64,000 nt of DNA, taken from positions 1,078-65,077 of the forward strand of contig JANZKB010000001.1 of assembly GCA_025061095.1 (NCBI GenBank), written 5' to 3'. This document shows, piece after piece, positions 20,919 through 31,298 of the stretch. Source of the DNA: Candidatus Culexmicrobium thermophilum. GTDB taxonomy: Archaea > Thermoproteota > Methanomethylicia > Culexarchaeales > B10-G16. The notes under the pieces are model-generated. The model was given only the letters and a program-made list of their open reading frames with translations, did no database searches and had not been told where the DNA came from. Made by a program: the position numbers and the translations under genes. Position 1 is the first letter of the stretch. Every line of letters begins with the position of its first letter.

Positions 20919-21470
20919 TCAAAAGATTTCTTTAAGCTCTCTTAGACGGGGTTCTATCCCTTTCTTCCTCATCATTTTTATCGCTTGAAAATATATGATT
21001 TTCGCAAGATCTCTTGGGGATATACGCCTTAAACCCTTTTCATGCAGAATACCTAGGGCGATTATTCCATTGGAGAAAAATATGTCGAGATGATATTTAT
21101 CCGCCCATGCATAACTTCTCTTCTCATCTTTCATATATGTGTATTTTATTATTATATTCACATGTAGAATTCCATCATTCTTAGATAATTTTTTCTTCAA
21201 TGACCTTCTCCTTTTCTCAGTAATTTTTTTCACTTTATGCTTAATTGGCATTCTAACATTTAACCTTGCTTTAGCATCAACCTCTCCTTCCACTCCCGCT
21301 ATGGATGTTTTTAAAGCTAGTTCCATTTCATTCAAGCTGCATAGCGCATCTATAATTATACTTCTAATCTTTCCATAAATCTTTTCATCTGTATAATAGT
21401 ATGCTATGTAATGGTAATATTGAAGGGGTTTTCTAAAATTTTTCCAACGATTACTCTTTGAAAAAGCCAT
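20919..21470 (-). CDS. hypothetical protein
   Basis: 183-aa ORF with host codon usage. Confidence 0.4.
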   Translation of the reverse strand: MAFSKSNRWKNFRKPLQYYHYIAYYYTDEKIYGKIRSIIIDALCSLNEMELALKTSIAGVEGEVDAKARLNVRMPIKHKVKKITEKRRRSLKKKLSKNDGILHVNIIIKYTYMKDEKRSYAWADKYHLDIFFSNGIIALGILHEKGLRRISPRDLAKIIYFQAIKMMRKKGIEPRLRELKEIF

Positions 21471-21473
21471 TTT

Positions 21474-21824
21474 CTATTTTCCTTTTCGGCTTTTCAATTC
21501 ATCCATCAAGTTTAATATTACACTTGCTGTTTCAGCCAGTTTGCATAATTCATCAAGATCCATAGTATTATTAATTTTGTCAGCCAGCATAACTATTTTT
21601 GCAGATAATGCTTCCTCCAATTTCAATTTAGCCATAATTGGCAGTTGGCTTGCATCATCTTCACTTACAAATAGAACTTTTCTTTTACATGAAGGACAGA
21701 TCACGGTTCCATCTTTCAATCTGAACAATGGTACCTTACATTCCGGGCATATCTGATTTAACATGGTTGCACCTTTTCTGAGCATTTCAGCCATTTCCTT
21801 TAATTTTCTCTTATCTTCACTCAT
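21474..21824 (-). CDS. Zn-ribbon protein (UPF0148-like)
   Basis: CPECKVP...CPSCKRK ribbon flanked by helical regions. Confidence 0.5.
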   Translation of the reverse strand: MSEDKRKLKEMAEMLRKGATMLNQICPECKVPLFRLKDGTVICPSCKRKVLFVSEDDASQLPIMAKLKLEEALSAKIVMLADKINNTMDLDELCKLAETASVILNLMDELKSRKGK

Positions 21825-21899
21825 TAGATCACCTAAGATGATTTAACGACTCGTGTAAAATTTATATGAGGATAAAATTAAATTTGCCTATTGTAGATT

Positions 21900-22175
21900 G
21901 TGTTTAGGGAGGGTGACGGAATGGTTGAGGATAAAATTCAACAAGCCATAAATCTGCTTCAGAGAATAGTTGACGATACCAGTGTTCCGAGAAATATTAG
22001 AAGAGCGGCAAGTGAAGCTATAAAAGCCTTACAAACAACGAAGTATACTCCTGGTGTCCGAGCTTCAAACGCCATAACCATACTTGAAGAAATAGCTCAG
22101 GATCCGAATATGCCCACCCATACAAGAGTACAACTTTGGAATATCACTTCAATATTGGAAACTATAAAGGATTAA
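21900..22175 (+). CDS. small conserved archaeal protein (UPF0147-like)
   Basis: 91 aa helical protein; VPRNIRRAA motif. Confidence 0.45.
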   Translation: MFREGDGMVEDKIQQAINLLQRIVDDTSVPRNIRRAASEAIKALQTTKYTPGVRASNAITILEEIAQDPNMPTHTRVQLWNITSILETIKD

Positions 22176-22237
22176 ATAATCTTAACCACTTTATTTTCCA
22201 ACAAACTTAAATTTTAACTGTAATATCTATAAGATGG

Positions 22238-22311
22238 GCCGGGGTAGCTCAGCATGGTAGAGCGGCGGGCTGTTAACCCGTTGGTCGCAGGTTCAAGTCC
22301 TGCCCCCGGCG
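22238..22311 (+). tRNA. tRNA-Asn (GTT)
   Basis: cloverleaf: acceptor GCCGGGG/CCCCGGC, D stem GCTC/GAGC, anticodon loop CTGTTAA, T loop TTCAAGT; CCA encoded after discriminator G. Confidence 0.85.
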
Positions 22312-22361
22312 CCACATTAAGGGAAAACCTAATAATATGAAAATATGTGAGAAATATATGG

Positions 22362-22435
22362 GGGCCCGTAGCTTAGCTCGGTAGAGCACCCGGCTCATAA
22401 CCGGGGGGTCGTGGGTTCGAATCCCACCGGGCCCA
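22362..22435 (+). tRNA. tRNA-Met or Ile2 (CAT), elongator type
   Basis: acceptor GGGCCCG/CGGGCCC, anticodon loop CTCATAA, T loop TTCGAAT; lacks initiator features. Confidence 0.8.
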
Positions 22436-22568
22436 TTTTTAGCTCATTATGATCCATTTTATTTTCTTAGCTTCTTGAAGTGAAACTGTTTCGCCAAGTT
22501 AACTGTTTCTTTGTTCGATAAATATTTATTATGTTTTTATTGTCATTTTTTGTCGATGAGTGTCTTTA

Positions 22569-22733
22569 ATGGAAGAGCTATTGAAGCCCAGTGAAGTTAT
22601 GAGGTTGTTGAAGATTAGTCGCAGAACTTTCTATCGCTGGATTAGCGAGGGTAAGATTAGGGTTGTTCGTCTTCCTAGTGGTCAGTATAGGGTTCCCAAG
22701 AGCGAAGTTGAAAAGCTTTGCAGAGAGCAGTAG
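22569..22733 (+). CDS. MerR/excisionase-like HTH protein (54 aa), resembles N-terminal HTH of IS607 TnpA serine recombinase
   Basis: MEELLKPSEVMRLLKISRRTFYRWISEGKIRVVRLPSGQYRVPKSEV; below the 60-aa ORF-track cutoff. Confidence 0.55.
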   Translation: MEELLKPSEVMRLLKISRRTFYRWISEGKIRVVRLPSGQYRVPKSEVEKLCREQ

Positions 22734-23820
22734 TTGTTAAGGCTTATAAGGTTCCAGTAAAAGCTCCACTAGACCTTATTGAAGCTTACTTCGAGGTTAA
22801 GAAGAAAGCTTTAAGTGGAGTTTTGAAGCATGTCAAGTATTCTAGTAGTAGAAAAGCACACTTACATTTCAATAAGGATGAGAGGAGAAAGCTGAGAAGT
22901 AAGTTGCTGGAGAAGTGGAAGTACTCTAAGCACTACGTTGACTCAGCAATAAACTCGGTCATAGGCTTAGTCAAGGGGTGGGTTAAGCTATACAATAGAG
23001 GAAAAGCAAAATCAAAACCTGAAATCACTAAGAAAAACGTCTACATCAAGACAACTCTCTTCACATGCAAGAATGAAGTACTGAAAGTCAGTATTGAGCC
23101 GAGAAGAAGATACCTCGTAGTTGACTTAAAGGAGTTTGAGTGGCTACCAAGAGACTATACTTCAATTGGAGGGCTAATACTAAAGGAGGGCGAGCTGATT
23201 ATCACATTTAAGAAGGAAGTTAAATTGAAAGCTGAGAAGTGGAGTAGCTTTGATGTAAACTTAACTAACATAACAGCACTAATCAACGACGAAGTAGTCA
23301 AATTCTGCTTAAAGCCACTATATCACATTCACAGAGTCTATGAAATTAAGAGGAAGAAGATACAGAAGCTCTTTAAAAGCAAGCCAAAGACAGCTAGGAG
23401 GCTAATGGAGAAGTACAAAATGCGTGAAAGAAATAGAGCTAGAGACTTCATGCACAAGTTGACGACTAAGATAGCTAGAATGCTAGTTGAAATTAAGAGC
23501 GAGCAATACTGGAAGACTTGAAAGGAATAAAAGGCAGAACACTCAGCAAGTCCAAGAAGCTCAATCGCAAACTATCAAAGTGAAATGCTAGAACATTTCA
23601 GTTCATGCTTAAATATAAGTTAAAGTGGCTCGGATTACCAGTTAAATATGTTAATCCAGCTAATTCGTCTAAGACCTGCCCCTTCTGTCAGGCTACCATG
23701 GTAGCCTATCGGGGCAGATTGATGAAGTGTAAAAAATGTGAGTTTATTATGGATAGAGACATTGTGGCTGTTTTAAACCTTCAGATGTGGGGCTCAGGGT
23801 TACCCCGAAAGCTCCATTAG
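22718..23820 (+). pseudogene. tnpB: IS605/IS607-family TnpB (OrfB) transposase-associated gene, disrupted by a frameshift (~23520) and a TGA nonsense codon (23581-23583)
   Basis: KAYKV N-terminus; C-terminal Zn-finger segment SSKTCPFC...CKKCEF...DRDIVAVLNL split into a separate ORF. Confidence 0.7.
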
Positions 23821-24066
23821 AGCCTTCAAGCTCGATGATGGAGAAACGGTTGATAGACCAAAATTCACATTTATCTATAAAAGCCTATCAATCATGAACC
23901 CCATCAATTTATATTCCAAATGTTCAGGATATCAATTTAAATTTACTTTTGGTGGTCTTAGCTCAAACAGTACTTACCTTCTCTAATGCGATATTGGCTA
24001 CTTGTTTAGCGGTTAACGAATGTTTTTCCTAATAGGAAGATTAAAGAAGAGAACCTTGCGGTAAAT

Positions 24067-24444
24067 ATGGGGTTTATGAATGTTTTTCTCCCATTTATAG
24101 GGGGTGTTTCGATGTGTCATGGTGCTGGGGACTTTGCTTCTCAATACTTTTGGAGGGAGAACAGGAGAGCTATGATAATGGAGGGATTAATTGAAATTTT
24201 TGCTCTATTTCTATCAGATTCTATAACAACAGTTTTCAAGGTTTTCCAATATCAATATTGGTATAATGCTTCTCTTTGCAAGCTTAAAACTTGGAAAATT
24301 ATGGTTAAACTTAGAGGATTAGTGTTAATTGAAGTATTAACTATTGGAGCAACATCATTTTTCACAAATTTGGCAGTAGGTTTTCTAGCAGGTGTAATAT
24401 TACATTATTTTATAAATAGAATGACAGTTTACAGGGTGAAGTAA
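24067..24444 (+). CDS. small membrane protein, hypothetical
   Basis: 125 aa with 3-4 hydrophobic segments. Confidence 0.35.
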   Translation: MGFMNVFLPFIGGVSMCHGAGDFASQYFWRENRRAMIMEGLIEIFALFLSDSITTVFKVFQYQYWYNASLCKLKTWKIMVKLRGLVLIEVLTIGATSFFTNLAVGFLAGVILHYFINRMTVYRVK

Positions 24445-24457
24445 AATTTAATTATGG

Positions 24458-24559
24458 TGCGGGGGGTGGGATTTGAACCCACGCAGGCCTACGCCACGAG
24501 GGATTTCCGGATTTCTCCTCCTGAACCTCGCGCCTTTGACCTGACTCGGCCACCCCCGC
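24458..24559 (-). tRNA. tRNA-Leu (CAG) with ~18-nt intron in anticodon loop
   Basis: minus-strand cloverleaf: acceptor GCGGGGG, anticodon stem CGAGG/CCTCG, loop TTCAGG+intron, long variable arm, T loop TTCAAAT, CCA encoded. Confidence 0.75.
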
Positions 24560-24590
24560 CACAATACCTTTTATTTTCCCCTGCTATTTA

Positions 24591-25619
24591 TTGTTTAATG
24601 TTGATGTGGCAATGACGCTTGATTGGAGGATTAAATGCTTAATACTTCATGGTAAAAATGATGATGAAATTTTAAGGCTTCTTAGAGGCGTTAAGTTCAA
24701 TTCAACTATTATTAGAGAGAGAATAAAGAGGGTGAGGAGGAAGATTTTACAAGATGTTTTACGTGATTTATTACTGCAAGGATATGGATTAAATGATATT
24801 TTAATGGAGTTAAGTCAATGTAAAAAATGCTTTGAAAACATCGACTTATCGTTTACAGTTAGAAATTTTATGGAATCTCATTTTGCTGTTGAACCTTCCA
24901 TTAAACCGGCCTCTCTGAAAAAACTCATAGAAATGTTTTCGGAAATTTCAAGGGGAAAATTATTTATCTCTATGGAGCAGAGAGGGCTTATATTTTCACT
25001 TAAGATTTATGGCGACCGCACTCCACCTATGTATTGTGATCTTGAAATTAGCATAGAGAAATATGATGTAGCTCAGAGAAGTCTTCTCATCCGCTTCTTA
25101 GATGGAATTAAAGAGTTCTCGTCAAGCGATTTTAAGAAGGAAATGATTAAATTATTAAAGCTTTATGGTGGTGAAGTTGCTAAGTTCGACATTTTAACAC
25201 TAGTTATGAAATATATTGATGATGATATGCGAAAATATTTGCTTAATGGAATGGGAAAGGAGGAGGCAATGAAAAAGTTAAGATTGAAATATTCAGGAAT
25301 TCTTGATAAAATAATGAGGGTTGAGGGTTCTCTATCCCCTGTGGATAGGGAGTTTAGAAAGGCATGGAACTCCATAATGTCTGATGATAGTTTAATATTT
25401 AAGGAGCATGCTCTCCGCAGGATCGGTACAAACCGCTTTATAATTGAAACTCCCCGATGCTATTTTCCAAATTATTCTCTTGATATTGCTGTTTTAATGT
25501 GGACTTCAGATGTTAGAGATTTGCTTTTAAATCTTTTTCACACCTTAGCCGTTCAAGGGTTAAAATCGTTTCATAAATGGATCGATGAATGGCTGGAAAA
25601 GTTAATCTCAAGAAAATAG
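24591..25619 (+). CDS. hypothetical protein (342 aa)
   Basis: long ORF, host codon usage, no motif recognised. Confidence 0.4.
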   Translation: MFNVDVAMTLDWRIKCLILHGKNDDEILRLLRGVKFNSTIIRERIKRVRRKILQDVLRDLLLQGYGLNDILMELSQCKKCFENIDLSFTVRNFMESHFAVEPSIKPASLKKLIEMFSEISRGKLFISMEQRGLIFSLKIYGDRTPPMYCDLEISIEKYDVAQRSLLIRFLDGIKEFSSSDFKKEMIKLLKLYGGEVAKFDILTLVMKYIDDDMRKYLLNGMGKEEAMKKLRLKYSGILDKIMRVEGSLSPVDREFRKAWNSIMSDDSLIFKEHALRRIGTNRFIIETPRCYFPNYSLDIAVLMWTSDVRDLLLNLFHTLAVQGLKSFHKWIDEWLEKLISRK

Positions 25620-25624
25620 TTTAA

Positions 25625-25789
25625 TTATCTTCTCCTTCTCTTCCAAGGCACCCCGCCCATTACAATTCTTCTGAAATAATTCTTTCTGCTCCTTCTCCTT
25701 GGAAACGGATTGGTCCTAGGTTTAGCTGGAATTTTAGGTGTTGCTGATCTGACTTTCCCTGCCTTTGTAAGTGAGCCGTGACTTGGCAT
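25625..25789 (-). CDS. rps30e: 30S ribosomal protein S30e
   Basis: MPSHGSLTKAGKVRSATPKIP... from reverse-strand translation; below the 60-aa ORF-track cutoff. Confidence 0.7.
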   Translation of the reverse strand: MPSHGSLTKAGKVRSATPKIPAKPRTNPFPRRRSRKNYFRRIVMGGVPWKRRRR

Positions 25790-25831
25790 AAATATCACCG
25801 TTACTTGAAATGATAGTTTAGATACTTAAAT

Positions 25832-26650
25832 TTAATGCTTTATTCTTCGTTTTCTTCCTGAAGCATCCCTTCTATATACTCCTAGTTCAGTTAATTTTTC
25901 AAGGATTTCTAGAGGAAATACAGGTCCATCTTTGCATACTCTTAGGCCTAGAGGATCCAATACGCAGGATCCGCAGATGCCTATAGCGCATTTCATATAT
26001 CTCTCCAGGGATGCTTGCATGTGGATGCCGTGTTCCTTGGCTACTTGGATCAGCTCTTTTATCATTAACTCTGGACCACATGTATAGATTTCATCGATCT
26101 TCCATTCTCCACATATTTTTCTAGCTGCATCAACAGCGGTTCCCTTAATTCCCATTGTTCCATCATTCGTAGTGAATATTAATTTTCTTATCTTTCCTCT
26201 ATGCTTCATCTCCTTAAGTGTATTTATAAATAATAATTCTTTAGCTGTTTTTCCTCCATTTATCACAGCAATTTTAACATTTCCGTCTTCTGCAATCTCT
26301 GTAATTAGGGGCATTAAAGGCGCCATGCCTGTTCCTCCTCCAACTATCAGCACATTGCCATCTACTTTTTTAAAGCATGTACCATAGGGTCCTCTAACAC
26401 CTATATAGTCGCCAATTCTCATATTATGAAGCTTTTCAGTTGCTTCTCCGATTTTGTGCACCGTGAAAGATATTTCACATTTTCCAATACGTGATAGACT
26501 CATAGGTATTTCATCTATTCCAGGTATCCATACCATTATGAATTGGCCTGGTTTAGCTCTTCTCGCAACAAACTCATTTTCGACGGTTAATGTTTTTCTG
26601 TATAATGCTTCGTCTACAATTGAGATTATTCTGCTTGGAATCGGTTTCAT
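25832..26650 (-). CDS. pyrK: dihydroorotate dehydrogenase electron-transfer subunit PyrK
   Basis: FAD/NAD-binding domain plus C-terminal CxxxxCxxC cluster; abuts pyrD. Confidence 0.75.
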   Translation of the reverse strand: MKPIPSRIISIVDEALYRKTLTVENEFVARRAKPGQFIMVWIPGIDEIPMSLSRIGKCEISFTVHKIGEATEKLHNMRIGDYIGVRGPYGTCFKKVDGNVLIVGGGTGMAPLMPLITEIAEDGNVKIAVINGGKTAKELLFINTLKEMKHRGKIRKLIFTTNDGTMGIKGTAVDAARKICGEWKIDEIYTCGPELMIKELIQVAKEHGIHMQASLERYMKCAIGICGSCVLDPLGLRVCKDGPVFPLEILEKLTELGVYRRDASGRKRRIKH

Positions 26651-27568
26651 TCAGCCCCCTCCATGTGCTATTCCAACAAGATCCCTTATTTTGCTGTAAC
26701 CTTCTCTTTCCATAAATTTCTTCAATTCATTCTCCAACTCCTTAAATATTTTAAGCCCTCTTATAGCTATTGCAGATCCGATCTGTACAGCGCTTGCACC
26801 TGCCATGAGAAATTCTACAACATCTTCGTATGTTGTTATTCCACCTACACCTATAATTGGTATGCCGACTTCTCTATATAACTGATATACGCATCTAATT
26901 GCTATTGGCTTTATAGCTTTTCCACTCAGCCCTCCATAAATATTTGACAATATCGGTTTTCTCATCTTTATATCTATGACCATGGCTTTTAAAGTATTTA
27001 TGGCTGTTATTGCATCTGCTCCAGCCTTCTCTACGCTCCTCCCTATCTCCGTAATATCAGCCACTTCGGCTGAGAGCTTTGCGAATACAGGGATTTTCAC
27101 GGAGTCCTTTACAGCTTTGACTACTCTATAGGCTTCTTTTGGATTCTGCGAAAAATGTAGGATACCTCCTGCATGTGGACATGAAAGATTAAGCTCTATG
27201 GCATCTGCTCCAGCTTTTTCGAGTTTACATGCCACTTCAACATATTCTTTCTCGTCTACACCGAATATAGATGCTATGACTGGTACACCACCCATTTTAG
27301 CCTTTTTTATTTCATCTACAAATTCATCTACACCTGGATTTGGAAGGCCCATTGCATTGATGAAACCTATATCAAGTTGCACTATCGTTGGATTTGGATA
27401 TCCCCTTCTAGCCTTTATTCCAATGGATTTTGTTGTCACTGCTCCTGCTCCCGCTTCCGCTACTCTTCTGAGGATAGCGCCTGTCGTTCCCAAAATACCT
27501 GACGCTAATATGAATGGATTTTTCAATTTGAGGGATGAAATTAGGATTTTTATTTCAGCGGAAGACAC
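26651..27568 (-). CDS. pyrD: dihydroorotate dehydrogenase catalytic subunit (class 1B)
   Basis: TIM-barrel DHOD motifs (TKSIG, NLSCPH, GGI). Confidence 0.85.
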   Translation of the reverse strand: MSSAEIKILISSLKLKNPFILASGILGTTGAILRRVAEAGAGAVTTKSIGIKARRGYPNPTIVQLDIGFINAMGLPNPGVDEFVDEIKKAKMGGVPVIASIFGVDEKEYVEVACKLEKAGADAIELNLSCPHAGGILHFSQNPKEAYRVVKAVKDSVKIPVFAKLSAEVADITEIGRSVEKAGADAITAINTLKAMVIDIKMRKPILSNIYGGLSGKAIKPIAIRCVYQLYREVGIPIIGVGGITTYEDVVEFLMAGASAVQIGSAIAIRGLKIFKELENELKKFMEREGYSKIRDLVGIAHGGG

Positions 27569-27649
27569 TTATCTTAACCCTTTACATAAATATATTGTAT
27601 AAACTTTAAATTGTTGCTGGTGATTCATTTAAATGGTTGGTGAATAAGA

Positions 27650-28876
27650 TTGAACGGTAATAGAGGCTATTTAATTGAAAGTTTCTTTGCGATATTTCTC
27701 TGCGATGATGATGGAAACATACTTTTACATGAGAAAATGCCGAAAAACATCTATATGACAGCTGAAAAATTGCTGAAATTGGAGAAAGGAGAGGTCATAG
27801 AGGAAGTAGTAGCCCTCTGCAATAAGATGAGAAAACTTAACCTTGATGTGTTGATAGTTGAAGATGATTCAATAGCACCGAAGCTGAAGGATTTGACAGG
27901 TGTAGAAGTAAAGATTATACCTGGAAACGATGTGGCGAAGAAGGTTAGAAATAAATTTGAGGAGACTGCATTGAAATTAGGAATCTTCTCCACCATTAAA
28001 GAATTCAATGAATACCTCTCTGAGATTTCTCTGGTTCTCTCAAAGATGAAGCTTAGAGAGGCTGCTGAAAAAAGAGATCTTCTAGTAGCACAGTCAATTA
28101 ACACGATAGATGATGTAAATAAGACTATAAATCTTTTAGTTTCAAGGTTAAGGGAATGGTATAGCATTCACTTTCCCGAGCTTGACAACATTGTAAAGGA
28201 TCATAAAATGTATGTTAAAATGGTAAAGTTCTTCGGATTGCGAAAAAATTTCTCTGAGAAAAAGCTTTTAAAAATGGAAGTTTCCTCCGATAGAGTTAAG
28301 GAAATTATTTATGCAGCAAACAATTCTATTGGAGCAAATATAGCTGAATTCGATGTTAAACCCATAATGAACTTTGCAAGTATAATTATGCATCTATATG
28401 ATATGCGTGAAGAACTTGAAAAATACATTGATCAAACCATGGATGAAGTGGCACCAAATATTAAAGCCATAGTGGGACCGCTTATAGGTGCCAGATTAAT
28501 ATCACTTGCAGGAGGATTGGAGGAGTTAGCTAAGCTTCCTGCCAGTACAATACAGGTTTTAGGAGCGGAGAAAGCGTTGTTCCGTGCTCTACGTACAGGT
28601 GCAAAGCCGCCTAAACATGGCGTAATATTTCAGTGCCCTGAAGTTCATAGAGCTCCGAGATGGCAAAGGGGAAAGATTGCGAGAGCCTTAGCTGGAAAGC
28701 TGACTATTGCTGCAAGAGTTGATGCTTTCTCAGGAACATATATGGCTGACGATTTAAAGGAGGATTTAAATAAAAGGATTGAAGAAATAAAGAAAATTTA
28801 TGCCAATCGCCCTAAAAAGCATGCTCCAATTATGAAAAGAAAGAAGAGAAGTAAAAAGAAGAGGAAGAGGAGGTAG
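27650..28876 (+). CDS. nop5: C/D box snoRNP protein Nop5 (Nop56/58)
   Basis: coiled-coil + NOP domain, KKRKR tail; directly upstream of fibrillarin. Confidence 0.8.
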   Translation: MNGNRGYLIESFFAIFLCDDDGNILLHEKMPKNIYMTAEKLLKLEKGEVIEEVVALCNKMRKLNLDVLIVEDDSIAPKLKDLTGVEVKIIPGNDVAKKVRNKFEETALKLGIFSTIKEFNEYLSEISLVLSKMKLREAAEKRDLLVAQSINTIDDVNKTINLLVSRLREWYSIHFPELDNIVKDHKMYVKMVKFFGLRKNFSEKKLLKMEVSSDRVKEIIYAANNSIGANIAEFDVKPIMNFASIIMHLYDMREELEKYIDQTMDEVAPNIKAIVGPLIGARLISLAGGLEELAKLPASTIQVLGAEKALFRALRTGAKPPKHGVIFQCPEVHRAPRWQRGKIARALAGKLTIAARVDAFSGTYMADDLKEDLNKRIEEIKKIYANRPKKHAPIMKRKKRSKKKRKRR

Positions 28877-28881
28877 TATAA

Positions 28882-29595
28882 TTGCAAGTCTATCCGCATG
28901 AAAAATTTGATGGTATATATTGGGTGGAGCTTGAAGACGGATCTAAGAAACTTGCAACTGTAAATTTAGCTCCCAGCTTCAAAGTTTACGGAGAACAGTT
29001 GATATCCCATGAGGGGGTGGAATATAGAATATGGAATGCATATAGAAGTAAATTGGCAGCCTCAATATTAAAGAATATCAGAGAAATCGCTGTAAAGCCG
29101 GGCTTTAAAATTCTCTATCTTGGCGCAGCAGCTGGAACTACTGTAAGCCATGTCAGCGATATTGTAGGTGCCGATGGCAAAGTATATTCTGTAGAGTTCG
29201 CTCCCAGAGTATTCAGAAAATTATTAACAGTATGTGAGAAGCGGAGAAACATTATACCTATCCTGGCAGATGCTCGTATGCCTTCCCTATATAGAACAAT
29301 GGTGCCAAAAGTTGATGGTATTTATTGTGATGTAGCTCAACCTGAACAGGCAAAATTGCTAGTTGCAAATGCCGAAATGTTTCTTAAATATGGTGGCATG
29401 ATCATGCTGGCCATTAAAGCGAGAAGCATAGATGTTACATTGGAGCCTTCTGAAATTTATAGAAGGGAAATAAACTATTTAAAGGAAGGGGGATTTGACA
29501 TACTGGACACTGTACATTTAGAACCCTTTGATAAAGCCCATGCAATGGTTTCTGCAAGATATGTTTCAAATATAAAAGAAAACAAGAATAGGTAA
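28882..29595 (+). CDS. flpA: fibrillarin rRNA/tRNA 2'-O-methyltransferase
   Basis: KILYLGAAAGTTVSHVSD SAM motif. Confidence 0.85.
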   Translation: MQVYPHEKFDGIYWVELEDGSKKLATVNLAPSFKVYGEQLISHEGVEYRIWNAYRSKLAASILKNIREIAVKPGFKILYLGAAAGTTVSHVSDIVGADGKVYSVEFAPRVFRKLLTVCEKRRNIIPILADARMPSLYRTMVPKVDGIYCDVAQPEQAKLLVANAEMFLKYGGMIMLAIKARSIDVTLEPSEIYRREINYLKEGGFDILDTVHLEPFDKAHAMVSARYVSNIKENKNR

Positions 29596-29624
29596 ATTGT
29601 AAAAAATAGGTGATTTATTTTATT

Positions 29625-31298
29625 CTAGATGCTTGATTCACTTTCCTCTTCTTCAGGCCCTTTCTTCTCCTTTTCCTTTTCTTCCTCGAACTTTGTGGCA
29701 GCAATTATATCGTCTATTCTAAGGATAAGCCCAGCTGCCTCCACAGCAGAGCTTATGGCGTTAGTTTTCACAATCAATGGTTCAAGCACATTCTTCTCAA
29801 ACATGTCTATGGGTTTACCCTCGAATACGTCGACACCATACCACTTATTCTCCTGAGATTCATGTAATGCTCTCAGCTCTGTCAATATATCTATTGGATC
29901 TAAGCCAGCGTTCTCTGCAAGCGTTCTTGGAATAACCTCTATGGCATTGGCAAACGCCTCTATTGCCAGCTGCTCTCTACCACCGACACTTACAGCATAT
30001 TCTCTTAAAACTTTAGCTACTTCAGCTTCTGGTGCACCGCCTCCAGCAACAATTCTAGGCTCCCTTACAACATCTGCAACTACGTATAAAGCATCTTTAA
30101 TTGCTCTTTCAGCTTCATCGACGAGACGCTCTAATCCTCCTCTGATCAATATGCTGACTGATCTCGGATTTTTACAATCCTCTACAAATACTAGTTTTTC
30201 ATCTGCAACTTTTCTTTCCTCCACTAGGCCTGCTGCTCCAAGATCGCTCTCAGTTAGATCGTCGATGTTAGTTACTATTCTTGCACCTGTAGCTCTGGCC
30301 AGTTTCTCCATGTCAGACTTCTTCACCCTTCTAACGGCAAGTATCTTATTTTTAGCCAAGTAGTGTTGAGCTATATCATCAATTCCCTTCTGACAGAAAA
30401 CTACATTTGCCCCTATATTTTTGATCTTTTCAACCATCGATTTCAGTATTTTCTCTTCCTCTTCTAGGAAAGCTCTCATCTGTTCGGGATCGGTAATTCT
30501 TATTTCAGCATCTATCTCTGTCTTCTCAACCTCTAGTGGACAGTCCAGCAGAGCTATCTTAGCATTCTCAACCCTTTTAGGCATACCGGGATGTACAACC
30601 TCCTTGTCAATGATCATTCCGTAGACCAGTTCCGTGTCTAAGAGACCTCCACCCTTTTTCTTGATAATCTGTATCTGATCGATATCTGCAAAGAGTTTGT
30701 CATCGGTCTTTTCAGCGATCTGTTTAACTGCTTTTACAGCTATCTTCGCAAGGTGTTCCTTTGCAACGGATACTACTTTTCCACTGATAGATGTCATCGC
30801 TATCTTCTTTAAAGTTTCTTCATCGTCGAGATTTACTGGGATAGACATTTTTCTCAGAATTTCTTCAGCCTTCTTCGCCGCTTTTTTAAAGCCATTTATT
30901 ATAACTGTGGGGTGAATGTTCTTTTCCAATAGTGACTCAGCTTCTTTTAGCAGTTCTCCAGCTAAAATGACGGCGGTGGTGGTTCCATCTCCAACTTCCT
31001 TATCTTGTGCTTTGGAAATTTCTACCATCATTTTTGCAGCTGGATGCTGAACATCCATCTCATCCAGAATTGTTGCACCATCATTTGTGATTGTAATGTC
31101 GCCTAAACTGTCCACGAGCATTTTGTCCATTCCTCTAGGGCCGAGAGAACTTCTCACTATCTCGGCAACTGCCCTAGCAGCCATTATATTAACTCTCTGT
31201 GCTTCTTTTCCGAAGGTTCTGCTGGTGCCCTCCTTAAGTATTAGAACGGGTATTCCACCTATTTGGCCAATTGTGGCAGACTTTGCGCCCATTGCCAT
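29625..31298 (-). CDS. thermosome subunit (second paralog)
   Basis: [17 protein letters not shown]; acidic C-terminal tail. Confidence 0.9.
   Translation of the reverse strand: MAMGAKSATIGQIGGIPVLILKEGTSRTFGKEAQRVNIMAARAVAEIVRSSLGPRGMDKMLVDSLGDITITNDGATILDEMDVQHPAAKMMVEISKAQDKEVGDGTTTAVILAGELLKEAESLLEKNIHPTVIINGFKKAAKKAEEILRKMSIPVNLDDEETLKKIAMTSISGKVVSVAKEHLAKIAVKAVKQIAEKTDDKLFADIDQIQIIKKKGGGLLDTELVYGMIIDKEVVHPGMPKRVENAKIALLDCPLEVEKTEIDAEIRITDPEQMRAFLEEEEKILKSMVEKIKNIGANVVFCQKGIDDIAQHYLAKNKILAVRRVKKSDMEKLARATGARIVTNIDDLTESDLGAAGLVEERKVADEKLVFVEDCKNPRSVSILIRGGLERLVDEAERAIKDALYVVADVVREPRIVAGGGAPEAEVAKVLREYAVSVGGREQLAIEAFANAIEVIPRTLAENAGLDPIDILTELRALHESQENKWYGVDVFEGKPIDMFEKNVLEPLIVKTNAISSAVEAAGLILRIDDIIAATKFEEEKEKEKKGPEEEESESSI

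Larger units (their letters stand above)
22569..23820 (+). mobile_element. IS607-like insertion-sequence remnant (HTH-only TnpA stub + tnpB pseudogene)
   Basis: gene pair typical of IS607 with the recombinase catalytic domain missing; lies between convergent tRNA genes. Confidence 0.5.
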
